The notes below the pieces were generated by a model that worked only from the letters and a program-made list of their open reading frames with translations, did not search any database and was not told the DNA's origin. From an uncultured Solirubrobacterales bacterium (GTDB lineage Bacteria > Actinomycetota > Thermoleophilia > Solirubrobacterales > Solirubrobacteraceae), in contig CAVWIT010000002.1 of NCBI GenBank assembly GCA_963755165.1, forward strand, positions 799,730 through 863,729: 64,000 nt of DNA, written 5' to 3'. Shown one piece after another: positions 46,024 to 54,555 of the stretch (within the stretch, counting starts at the first letter, position 1; every line of letters starts with the position of its first letter). The position numbers and the translations under genes were made by a program.

Positions 46024-47781
46024 TTACCCGAACGTGAACGCATACCCCGTCACGCCCGGGGCGAAGCGCAGCGTCAACCGGTGCTGTTCGTCGCGGGGCA
46101 GCGAGACTAGCGTGTACAGGCGCTGGCGGCGGACGGTAACGGTGCCGCCGTGCACGTCGGAGCCGGCGTCGGCGACTGGAATCGGGCGCCCGTCGAGCAG
46201 CACTTGCACGGGCAGTGGGCGTTCGCCGGTGGAGCTTAGGACCAGGTAAACGTTCTTGGCCTCGAATTGCACTTCGACACCGGCGTTAGCGACCGCTTGG
46301 GCGGGCTGGGCGGCAATGTTCCAGGTGCCGGTGTAGGCGAATCCGCTGACGCCGAGGTTGGTGTGGGGTCCGGGGCCGTAGTCGTGCGTGCCGGCGTGTG
46401 GGCTGTTGAGGAAGCCCTGCGCACGCGCGGTGCCGAGATAGGTCTCGGGCGTGGCCTGTGTGGAGGGCACGACCACGTCCGCCGGATGGCTCATCGCGCC
46501 GACCTGCGCGCCGGATTCGGCCAGCAGCGCGCGGATCGCCGTCTCGGTCGTGCCGTAGTCGCCCTCGCCGAAGGCCGCGTAGCGGACCTGACCGCGGGAG
46601 TCGATCAAGTAGTCGGCGGGCCAGTACTCGTTGCCGTACGCGTCCCACGTGCCCATTTCGTTGTCCTGGACGACGGGGTAGCGGATGCCGAACTGATCGA
46701 TCGCGCCCGAGACGTTGCTCGCGTCGTGCTCGAAGGAGAACTCGGGCGTCTCGACGCCGACGATCGTCAGGCCGTCGTGGCGATAGGCGGCGTCCCATGC
46801 CTTCAGATATGGAAGCGTGCGGATGCAGTTGATGCAGGTGTACGTCCAGAAGTCGACCAGCACCACGTGCCCGCGCAGTCCGGTGAGCGACAGCGGCCGG
46901 TTGCCCGGCGTGTTGAACCAGTCTTGCGTTTCGGTGAATTCAGGGGCGGGGCCCAGGTCTTTCAGGTTGTTCGCGTCCGCCAGCAGCTTTGCCTGGCTGA
47001 CGTTTCGCGGCTCTGATGGGGAGGAGACGCTCGCCTCGAACTTTGCCTTATGGCCCGTGAGCTCGGGCAGGCGGCTCTCGACGGCGTGCGATTTCTCGAG
47101 CGATGCCGTCAGGTTGACTTCGGGGATGTGCTGGGCGACGTACTGATCGAAGTTGACGTCCAGTTCGGTGGCGATCGCGACCGCTGTGATCACCATGATC
47201 GCGCCGAGCACGCGCTGCAGCGCCGGACCGCCGCCGGCGTGGCCGACGCGGTCGAACAGCTTGTGTCCGCCGAGCGCGAGCGCCAGCAGCACGATCCCTG
47301 ATCCGAGCGCGTAAGCGATCGCCACCGCGATCGTGCGTCCAGAGGCGGCGCTGACTGAGATGACCGCCGCCAGGATCGGTCCGGCGCAGGGCGTGTAGAC
47401 GAAGCCGAGCGCCGCGCCGACGAGCAGCCCGGAGGCGAACCCGTCGCCCCGCGTGCGCGGACCGAATCGCGCCAGGCGCGACATGCGCGCCTCCACGCCA
47501 TCGGCGAGTCCCGGCACGATCAGCGCCATGCCCATGACCAGCAGGACCGCAACGGCGAGGTCGCGCAGTGGGTCCGAGCCCAGTCCGACGCCGCCGACGA
47601 CACTGGCGATGCCGACAATCGTGACCGTGAACGTGACCATCAACCCGAGCACGACTCCCAGGGGCCGGCGCCGGCCGCCGACGCTCGCGGCGGACAGCAT
47701 CGCGGGCAATACCGGAAGCACGCATGGGGAGAGCGCGGTGCCGGCCCCGGCGAGGACGGCAAAGCCGATCAGGAGAATCAT
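46024..47781 (-). CDS. dipZ: DipZ-like protein: CcdA/DsbD transmembrane domain fused to thioredoxin-like domain
   Basis: 585 aa. ALSPCVLPVLP and TPCAGP TM-Cys motifs, a periplasmic FWTYTCINCIRTLP (CxxC) and a C-terminal beta domain. Confidence 0.85.
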   Translation of the reverse strand: MILLIGFAVLAGAGTALSPCVLPVLPAMLSAASVGGRRRPLGVVLGLMVTFTVTIVGIASVVGGVGLGSDPLRDLAVAVLLVMGMALIVPGLADGVEARMSRLARFGPRTRGDGFASGLLVGAALGFVYTPCAGPILAAVISVSAASGRTIAVAIAYALGSGIVLLALALGGHKLFDRVGHAGGGPALQRVLGAIMVITAVAIATELDVNFDQYVAQHIPEVNLTASLEKSHAVESRLPELTGHKAKFEASVSSPSEPRNVSQAKLLADANNLKDLGPAPEFTETQDWFNTPGNRPLSLTGLRGHVVLVDFWTYTCINCIRTLPYLKAWDAAYRHDGLTIVGVETPEFSFEHDASNVSGAIDQFGIRYPVVQDNEMGTWDAYGNEYWPADYLIDSRGQVRYAAFGEGDYGTTETAIRALLAESGAQVGAMSHPADVVVPSTQATPETYLGTARAQGFLNSPHAGTHDYGPGPHTNLGVSGFAYTGTWNIAAQPAQAVANAGVEVQFEAKNVYLVLSSTGERPLPVQVLLDGRPIPVADAGSDVHGGTVTVRRQRLYTLVSLPRDEQHRLTLRFAPGVTGYAFTFG

Positions 47782-47842
47782 CTCGTCTGCAGACTACGCA
47801 TCGGGCAGTCAACGGACGCTGGTTCACGCCAGCTATCGGACG

Positions 47843-47992
47843 TCAGTGCTTGAACATCACGTAGACGGTGGTAATCGCAAACGCAATCTGTCCAAACGCC
47901 AGCGCCGTGCCGAGATTGGCAGCGCCGAGCGCGCCCGCCAGCGCGCTGGCAAGCACGAACGCTCCGAACATCATTAGCAGATCGCGCGCCAT
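47843..47992 (-). CDS. Possible 49-aa two-helix membrane peptide (not in ORF track)
   Basis: MARDLLMMFGAFVLASALAGALGAANLGTALAFGQIAFAITTVYVMFKH. The ATG lies 1 nt after the meaB stop and the ORF fills the gap between meaB and dipZ. Confidence 0.35.
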   Translation of the reverse strand: MARDLLMMFGAFVLASALAGALGAANLGTALAFGQIAFAITTVYVMFKH

Positions 47993-47993
47993 C

Positions 47994-48971
47994 TCATACC
48001 CTCGCTCGTAGCTCGAGTGCGCTCACGAGCGAGTGCACGTCCGCCCCGGGATCTTGCTCGGCAAGCATGGCCTGCACCGCGCGGCGGCCGCCGAGGGCGC
48101 GCAGACCCCGCTCGCCGTGCTCGCGCGCATAGTCGGCCAGGGCGCTCGCCCGGCGTGCCCGCACCCGGTGCGCGGCGAGGTCCAGTCCGGCCCGGTGCTC
48201 GTCCAGTGCCGCGACCAGCTCATCGATTCCCTGTGGCTGGGGTAGCGAGGCCACGGCGATCACCTTCGTCGCGCGCGACCCCAGCGAGCGCAGCGCGGCG
48301 CTCAGGTCGCGCCTTGTGCGCACCGCAACCTGACCGAGGTCGGACTTGGTGACGACGAGCACGTCGGGGATCTCCATGATCCCGGACTTCAGGAACTGCA
48401 GCACGTCGCCGCCGCCGGGCTGCACCACGACCACGACCGTGTCGGCCACGTCGGCGACGTCGGTCTCGGCCTGGCCGACTCCGACGGTCTCGATCACGAC
48501 CACGTCGTAGGCCGCCGCCAGAGCCTGGGCGGCGGAGCGGGTAGACGAAGCCAGTCCTCCGAGCTGCTCGCCCGCGGCGCTCGAGCGGATGAACACCCCT
48601 GCGTCGGCGGGGTCGAAGTCGATGCGCACGCGGTCGCCCAGCAGCGAGCCGCCCGAACGGCGGGAGCTGGGATCGACCGCGAGCATCGCCACAGTCCGGC
48701 CCCCCTCGCGCCAGAGGCGCAGCAGTGCGGACAGCAGCGTCGACTTGCCGGCCCCGGGCGGTCCCGTCACGCCGACGATGTGCCCCTGGGCCTCGTCGCC
48801 GAGGGCGGTGGGGGAGACCTCCGCCAGCAATGCCGCGATCTGCTCGCGATCGGCCGGGGTCGTGCTCTCCAGCAGGTTGAGCGCGTCCGGTGCCGCGTCC
48901 AGGTCACGCGCGCGCAGACGCGCGCCGATCACGGCTCCGACCACCCCCTGCGGGCGCGGTGCCCCGTTCAC
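47994..48971 (-). CDS. meaB: MeaB/ArgK-type G3E GTPase (mutase chaperone)
   Basis: P-loop GVTGPPGAGKSTL, ...ETVGVGQ..., ...VVTKSDL. Its start overlaps the mutase stop by 4 nt. Confidence 0.9.
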   Translation of the reverse strand: MNGAPRPQGVVGAVIGARLRARDLDAAPDALNLLESTTPADREQIAALLAEVSPTALGDEAQGHIVGVTGPPGAGKSTLLSALLRLWREGGRTVAMLAVDPSSRRSGGSLLGDRVRIDFDPADAGVFIRSSAAGEQLGGLASSTRSAAQALAAAYDVVVIETVGVGQAETDVADVADTVVVVVQPGGGDVLQFLKSGIMEIPDVLVVTKSDLGQVAVRTRRDLSAALRSLGSRATKVIAVASLPQPQGIDELVAALDEHRAGLDLAAHRVRARRASALADYAREHGERGLRALGGRRAVQAMLAEQDPGADVHSLVSALELRARV

Positions 48972-51004
48972 GCGGAGCCGTTGGCGGAAGAGCCGTTGGC
49001 GGACGCTCCAACCAGCTCGACGATGTCGCGCATGATCTGAGTGATGTCGAAGTCCTTCGGTGTGTACACGGCCGCGACGCCCGCCCGCTTGAGCGGCGCG
49101 ACGTCCTGGTCGGGGATGATCCCGCCGACGACCACCGGCGCACTGACCCCCGCGTCATGTAGCGCTCCGATCACGGCGGGGATCAGCTCGCGGTGGGAGC
49201 CGGACAGGATCGACAGGCCGATCACGTGCACGCCCTCCTGGCGCGCGGAGGCCGCGATCTGAGCGGGAGTCAGGCGGATGCCCTCGTACACCACGTCCAT
49301 GCCCGAGTCGCGTGCGCGTACTGCGATCTGCTCGGCGCCGTTGGAGTGCCCGTCGAGGCCCGGCTTGCCGACGAGGATCTTCGGCCGGCGCCCGAGCCGC
49401 TCTCCCAACGCCGCGACCTGCTCGCGCAGCTCGCTCAGCCCGGCATCTCCGGAGGCCGGCGTGGCCTCGCCCACGCCCGTGGGGGCCCGGTAGCTGCCGA
49501 ACACCTCGCGCAGCGTTTGCGCCCACTCTCCCGTCGTGGCGCCCGCGCGGGCGGCCGCGATTGTGGGAATCATCAGGTTCTCGCCCTCGCCCGTGCGGTC
49601 GTCGGGCTGCTCGCCTCCCAGTGCGGCGACCCGAGCAAGCTCAGCCAGCGCCTCATCGACCGCTGCCTGGTCGCGCTCGGCGCGCCAGCGGCGCACCGCT
49701 TCGATCTGCTGCGCTTCGAGAGCCGGATCGACTACGAGGATGCCGCCCTCGGCGTCGGCTGTCAGGGGCGAGTCCTCGGTCTCGGTAAAGCGGTTCTGGC
49801 CGACCACCGTCTGCTCGCCGGACTCGATCCGCTGGATGCGTTCGCGATGGGCGTCCACGAGCGCCGCCTTCATGTAGGGGACGGCTTCGATCGCGCCGCC
49901 GTGCTCGGCGACTATTGCCATCTCCGCCCGGGCGCCCTCCAGCAGCTCGGCCACCAGGCCGTCCATCACGTGCGAGCCCTCGAATATGTCGGGGTACTCG
50001 AGGATGTCGGTCTCGTACGCCAGCACCTGCTGGATGCGCAGCGACCACTGCTGATCCCACGGGCGCGGCAGGCCCAGCGCCTCGTTCCATGCGGGCAACT
50101 GGATCGCCCGCGCGCGCGTGTCGCGGCCGAGCGTGACCGCCAGCGCCTCGAGCACTATCCGCTGGACGTTGTTCTCCGGCTGGGACTCGGTCAGCCCGAG
50201 CGAGTTGACCTGCACTCCGTAGCGAAAGCGCAGGAGCTTGGGGTCTGTCACCCCGTAGCGCTCGCGCCCGAGCTCCTCCCACAGGATTGACATCGCGCGC
50301 AGCTTGGCGTGCTCCTCCACAAAGCGCACGCCGGCGTTGACGAAGAAGGAGATGCGCCCGAATACTTCACCCATGCGCTCCGCCGGCACCCGCTCGCGCG
50401 CGGCGTCGAGCACGGCGATTGCGTTGCTCATCGCGTAGGCGATCTCCTGCACGGGGGTCGCTCCCGCCTCCTGCAGGTGATACGAGCAGATGTTGATCGG
50501 GTTCCACTTCGGGACGTGCTCGACCGTGTAGGCGATCATGTCCGCGATCAGCCGCAGCGACGGCGCCGGGGGAAACGCGTAGGTGCCGCGCGCGAGGAAC
50601 TCCTTGACGATGTCGTTCTGGGTCGTGCCCTGCAGCTGTGATTGATTGACCCCCTGATTTTCGGCGACGACGATGTACAGCGCCAAGAGCCACGCCGCGG
50701 TCGCATTGATCGTCATCGAGGTGTTCATCTCCGACAGCGGGATGCCGTCCATCAGCGCCGCCATGTCGCTGCGGTGGGATACGGGCACGCCGACCTTGCC
50801 GACCTCGCCCTGAGCGAGCTCGTCGTCGGGGTCATAGCCCGTCTGGGTCGGCAGGTCAAACGCGACCGACAGCCCCGTCTGACCCTTGGCGAGGTTGCGC
50901 CGGTACAGCTCGTTGGAGGCCTTCGCCGTCGAGTGCCCGGCGTAGGTGCGCATCATCCACGGCCGGTCGCGCTCGGGCAGCCGCGGGGTGCGATTGTCGT
51001 CCAT
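48968..51004 (-). CDS. Coenzyme-B12-dependent acyl-CoA mutase, single-chain (methylmalonyl-CoA mutase family; ethylmalonyl-CoA mutase candidate)
   Basis: Start at ATG 51004 (MDDNRTPRLPERDRPWMMRTYAGHS...). TIM-barrel substrate domain plus a C-terminal B12 domain with DxHxxG (GLDGHSNGA). Confidence 0.85.
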   Translation of the reverse strand: MDDNRTPRLPERDRPWMMRTYAGHSTAKASNELYRRNLAKGQTGLSVAFDLPTQTGYDPDDELAQGEVGKVGVPVSHRSDMAALMDGIPLSEMNTSMTINATAAWLLALYIVVAENQGVNQSQLQGTTQNDIVKEFLARGTYAFPPAPSLRLIADMIAYTVEHVPKWNPINICSYHLQEAGATPVQEIAYAMSNAIAVLDAARERVPAERMGEVFGRISFFVNAGVRFVEEHAKLRAMSILWEELGRERYGVTDPKLLRFRYGVQVNSLGLTESQPENNVQRIVLEALAVTLGRDTRARAIQLPAWNEALGLPRPWDQQWSLRIQQVLAYETDILEYPDIFEGSHVMDGLVAELLEGARAEMAIVAEHGGAIEAVPYMKAALVDAHRERIQRIESGEQTVVGQNRFTETEDSPLTADAEGGILVVDPALEAQQIEAVRRWRAERDQAAVDEALAELARVAALGGEQPDDRTGEGENLMIPTIAAARAGATTGEWAQTLREVFGSYRAPTGVGEATPASGDAGLSELREQVAALGERLGRRPKILVGKPGLDGHSNGAEQIAVRARDSGMDVVYEGIRLTPAQIAASARQEGVHVIGLSILSGSHRELIPAVIGALHDAGVSAPVVVGGIIPDQDVAPLKRAGVAAVYTPKDFDITQIMRDIVELVGASANGSSANGSA

Positions 51005-51047
51005 GCAGCCATTGTACGTACGGGTCGCGCCCATTATCCTCCGGCCC

Positions 51048-51332
51048 ATGAGCCAGACGATCGAGCTGCCGCGCGTGGGTCCGCCCGGAGGCGGCCTCGG
51101 CGAATCATGGAAGGTGATCGTGCGTAACGACGATCACAACACCTTCGATCACGTCGCACGCACGCTCGCGCGCTATATACCCGGCACGACGCTCGAGCGC
51201 GGACACGAGATCGCCAACGTGATCCACAACGCGGGCAAAGCGATCGTCTTCAGCGGCCACCAGGAGCGCGCCGAGCACTACTGGGAGCAGCTCAAGGGCG
51301 CGGGGTTGACTATGGCGCCGTTAGCCAAGTAG
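51048..51332 (+). CDS. clpS: ATP-dependent Clp protease adaptor ClpS
   Basis: 94 aa. WKVIVRNDDHNTFDHVARTL...GHEIANVIHNAGKAIV is a typical ClpS core. Confidence 0.9.
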   Translation: MSQTIELPRVGPPGGGLGESWKVIVRNDDHNTFDHVARTLARYIPGTTLERGHEIANVIHNAGKAIVFSGHQERAEHYWEQLKGAGLTMAPLAK

Positions 51333-51335
51333 CCG

Positions 51336-51728
51336 TTAGGCGACCTCGCCGGCGGCCACGCCGTTGCCGTGACCGTTGCTGTGACCGTTGCCGGCGGTCA
51401 TCGACTCCGCGGCCAGCCCGCCGCTGACCGTCTCCTCCCACCAGCCGTAGAGCACCGGCACCTGGTAGGCGCCGGAGTAGCGCGTCCTGAGCTCGATCAT
51501 CTCCGGTCCTTCCCAGTAGCGTTCCCAGTCGAGGTGGCGCTCGAAGTACGCGAGCTGCTGGAACTTGTAGCGATCGTCGCGCGAGCGGTAGACGGCGTAT
51601 GAGCTGGCGCCGTAACGCAGCGCGATCGGCGCGATCTCGTTCAGCGCAGCCTCCAGTGCGTTGGCCCTGAAGCCCGTGGCGTACCACGGGATGAGGACCG
51701 TTCCCGGCTTGTCACCGCCACCGGCCAT
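51336..51728 (-). CDS. Hypothetical 130-aa protein translationally coupled to ccr
   Basis: The ATG at 51728 shares one base with the ccr stop (TGATG). Product is MAGGGDKPGTVLIPWYATGFRANALEAALNEIAPIALRYGASSYAVYRSRDDRYKFQQLAYFERHLDWERYWEGPEMIELR..., with a His/Asn/Gly-rich tail. No family recognised. Confidence 0.6.
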   Translation of the reverse strand: MAGGGDKPGTVLIPWYATGFRANALEAALNEIAPIALRYGASSYAVYRSRDDRYKFQQLAYFERHLDWERYWEGPEMIELRTRYSGAYQVPVLYGWWEETVSGGLAAESMTAGNGHSNGHGNGVAAGEVA

Positions 51729-52984
51729 CAGGCGCCCACCTCCGCGTGGATTGCGCCGGGGCCATCGACGGTCTTGCCTTGCCCCTCGGACTCGGCGCCG
51801 ACGAGGATCGAGATCTTGCCGAGGTGCTTGTTTTCGAGCATCAGCTGGTGGGCTTGCGCGACGCCGTCGAAGCCGAGCGTGCGCCACAGCACCGGGCGGA
51901 TCTGGCCAGAGACGATCAGCTCGTTGGCCTTCGTGCACTCGTATGCGTTGGCGAAGTGCGAGCCGAGGATCTCCTTTTGCTTCATCCACAGGTAGCGGAC
52001 GTCGAAGTCGAGGTTGAAGCCGGTGGTGCCGGCGCAGATGACGACCCGGCCGAACGGCTTGACCGTGAACACGGAGGTCGGGAAGGTGGCCTGGCCGACG
52101 TGCTCGAAGACGATGTCGGGCGCATCGCCCAGGATCTGCTTGACCCGCTTTGAGAATTCGCGCGAGACGCCGAACCGGGCCTTCTCCTCCTCCGGTGTCT
52201 CCTTGCCGGTGCGCATCATGCCTGCGAACTCAGCCCTATCGATGTAGTCGACCGCGCCCAGGCGCTTGACCAGCTCACCCTTCTCTGGTGAGGAGACGAC
52301 CCCGACGCAGTGCGCGCCCGCGGCGGCGCACAGCTGTGTGGCGAACACGCCCAGCCCGCCGGCCGCGCCCCAGATCAGCACGTTGGCGCCGGCCTGCAGA
52401 CGGCAGCGCGTGATCAGCATGCGATACGCGGTGAAGTAGACGAGACCGTAGGAGGCCGCCTCCTCCCATGTCAGCGCGTGGGGCTTTCCCAGCAGCTGCT
52501 GGGCCTGAACCTTGGTGAACTGGGCGAACGAGCCCCAGGTCGTCTCATAGCCCCAGATCTTCTGCGACGGCGCCGCCATCGGGTCGAGGCCATGCACCTC
52601 GGGGTCCTCGTAGGAGGCCTGGTTGCAGTGCACGACGACCTCGTCGCCGACCTTCCAGCGGGTGACGCCCGCGCCGACCTTCCATACGATCCCCGACGCG
52701 TCTGAGCCGCCGATGTGGTGGCCGAACTCAGGATGGTCGCCGTACTTCATGACCGACACGGGCTTGCCGAGCGCGGCCCACACGTTGTTGTAGTTCACCC
52801 CTGCGGCCATGACGCGCACGATCACCTCGAACGCGCCCGGTTCGGGCACCTCGATCTCCTCCACTGCAAACGCGTCCTTCGGTTCGCCGAAGCGCTCCTC
52901 GCGGATGACCCAGGCGGCCATCGTGGCGGGCAGCTCGCCCGGCTCGGCGGTTACCTCAGAGACTTGTTGCAGATCGATTGCCAC
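51728..52984 (-). CDS. ccr: Crotonyl-CoA carboxylase/reductase
   Basis: 418 aa, GTG start. MDR fold with AAGVNYNNVWAALG and KIWGYETTWGSFAQF, as I recall for Ccr. Confidence 0.85.
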   Translation of the reverse strand: MAIDLQQVSEVTAEPGELPATMAAWVIREERFGEPKDAFAVEEIEVPEPGAFEVIVRVMAAGVNYNNVWAALGKPVSVMKYGDHPEFGHHIGGSDASGIVWKVGAGVTRWKVGDEVVVHCNQASYEDPEVHGLDPMAAPSQKIWGYETTWGSFAQFTKVQAQQLLGKPHALTWEEAASYGLVYFTAYRMLITRCRLQAGANVLIWGAAGGLGVFATQLCAAAGAHCVGVVSSPEKGELVKRLGAVDYIDRAEFAGMMRTGKETPEEEKARFGVSREFSKRVKQILGDAPDIVFEHVGQATFPTSVFTVKPFGRVVICAGTTGFNLDFDVRYLWMKQKEILGSHFANAYECTKANELIVSGQIRPVLWRTLGFDGVAQAHQLMLENKHLGKISILVGAESEGQGKTVDGPGAIHAEVGA

Positions 52985-52992
52985 GATGATCT

Positions 52993-54555
52993 CTAACCTC
53001 GCGTGTCGGGGACGGGTGCAGAGACGGGCATCCTATCGGGAGCGGACTCCTCTGCATGGACGCGCGCCGCGACCAGGACCCACGCGAGCAGCGCTCCCAG
53101 CAGTGCCAGCCCGCCCGCGACATATAGGGCGTTGGATAGCGCATACACATAGGTCTGGCTCATCGCTGTCTGGACACGCGCGGGCAGCCCGGCCCCGCTT
53201 GCCCCCGACCCGAGCGCGCCCACGAGCCGCGCATGCTGGCCGGCGCTGAGATGGGGCAGCAGCGTCGTCAGCCGTTCGCGGCCGAGCGTGGCGATGATCG
53301 CGCCGAGCACCGCGACGCCGAAGGTGCTGCCGACCATCCGCACCATCGAGAGGATGCCCGAGGCCACGCCGGCCTTGGTGACCTCAACTGAGTTCATCGC
53401 GGCTGTGCTCATCGGCGACATCACAAAACCCATGCCGAGGCCCATCACCACGAAGCTGACGCTCAGGAAACCGTAGCCGGAGTGCGTGGTGATCCCGGTC
53501 ATCCAGAACATCGCGAATGACACCAGGATCAAACCCCCGGTCATCAGCGGGCGCGGGCCGATGCTGTCGGCCAGGCGGCCGGCGATCGGGGCGACGATCA
53601 TGATCATTGCCGTCGAGGGCAGGAACCTGATGCCCGCCTGCAGCGGCGTGTAGCGCAGGACGTCCTGCATGTACAGGGCGAGGAAGAAGAACATCGCGAA
53701 CATCGCGAACGAGACGATGAACGCGACGACGTTGGCGCCGAAGAACGAGCGCGACCGAAACACCCCGAAGTCGACCATCGGTGCCCGGCGGCTGCGCTCG
53801 ATCGCGACGAACGCCGCGAGTGAGAGGAGCGCGAGCGCGAACAGACCGAGTACGCGCGCCGAGCTCCAGCCCCATTCGTTGCTTTGAATGAGTCCCAGCA
53901 CAAGCGCGCCGAGTGCGATCGTGAGCGTGACCACACCTGGCACGTCCACTTCGCGGATGGCGGTCTCGTCGCGCGACTCGCGCGCTGCCAGCAGGGTGAC
54001 GGCGATCGCCGCGATCGCGACGGGTACGTTCAGGAAGAAGATCGACTGCCAGCTGACTTCCTGGACTAGGAGCCCTCCGACGACGGGCCCGATCGCCAGT
54101 GCCATCGCCGAGACCCCCGCCCAGGTGCCGATCGCGCGACCGCGCTCGCGGGCAGGGAATGTGTTCGTGATGATCGATAGCGTCGCGGGCATCATGAACC
54201 CCGATCCGACTCCCTGTACGGCGCGGAAGGCGATCAGCCAGATGTCGCTCTGGGCCAGGCCGATCAGAAAGCTCGACGTCCCGAACACGATCACGCCGAA
54301 CAGGAACATCCGCCGGCGCCCAAACAGGTCTCCCAGCCGCCCGCCCGTCACCAGCGTGACGGCGAACGTCAGCGTGTAGGCGTTGACGGTCCACTCCAGC
54401 GAGGAGGTGCTCGCGTGCAGGCCGCGCTGGATCGAGGGCAGCGCGACGTTGACGACCGTGTTGTCGAGCATGATCATGAACAGCGCAAAGCACATCGCCC
54501 CGAGCGTCCACCAGCGGCGGTTCTCATCGGTGATCTTGGGCAGGGGGATGCTCAT
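52993..54555 (-). CDS. MFS transporter, DHA2 family (paralog of 32081-33670)
   Basis: Start at ATG 54555 (MSIPLPKITDENRRWWTLGAMCFALFMIMLDNTVVNVALPSIQRGL). The ATG overlaps the ygfZ-like stop (ATGA). The rest of the 794-aa track ORF is a shadow. Confidence 0.9.
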   Translation of the reverse strand: MSIPLPKITDENRRWWTLGAMCFALFMIMLDNTVVNVALPSIQRGLHASTSSLEWTVNAYTLTFAVTLVTGGRLGDLFGRRRMFLFGVIVFGTSSFLIGLAQSDIWLIAFRAVQGVGSGFMMPATLSIITNTFPARERGRAIGTWAGVSAMALAIGPVVGGLLVQEVSWQSIFFLNVPVAIAAIAVTLLAARESRDETAIREVDVPGVVTLTIALGALVLGLIQSNEWGWSSARVLGLFALALLSLAAFVAIERSRRAPMVDFGVFRSRSFFGANVVAFIVSFAMFAMFFFLALYMQDVLRYTPLQAGIRFLPSTAMIMIVAPIAGRLADSIGPRPLMTGGLILVSFAMFWMTGITTHSGYGFLSVSFVVMGLGMGFVMSPMSTAAMNSVEVTKAGVASGILSMVRMVGSTFGVAVLGAIIATLGRERLTTLLPHLSAGQHARLVGALGSGASGAGLPARVQTAMSQTYVYALSNALYVAGGLALLGALLAWVLVAARVHAEESAPDRMPVSAPVPDTRG

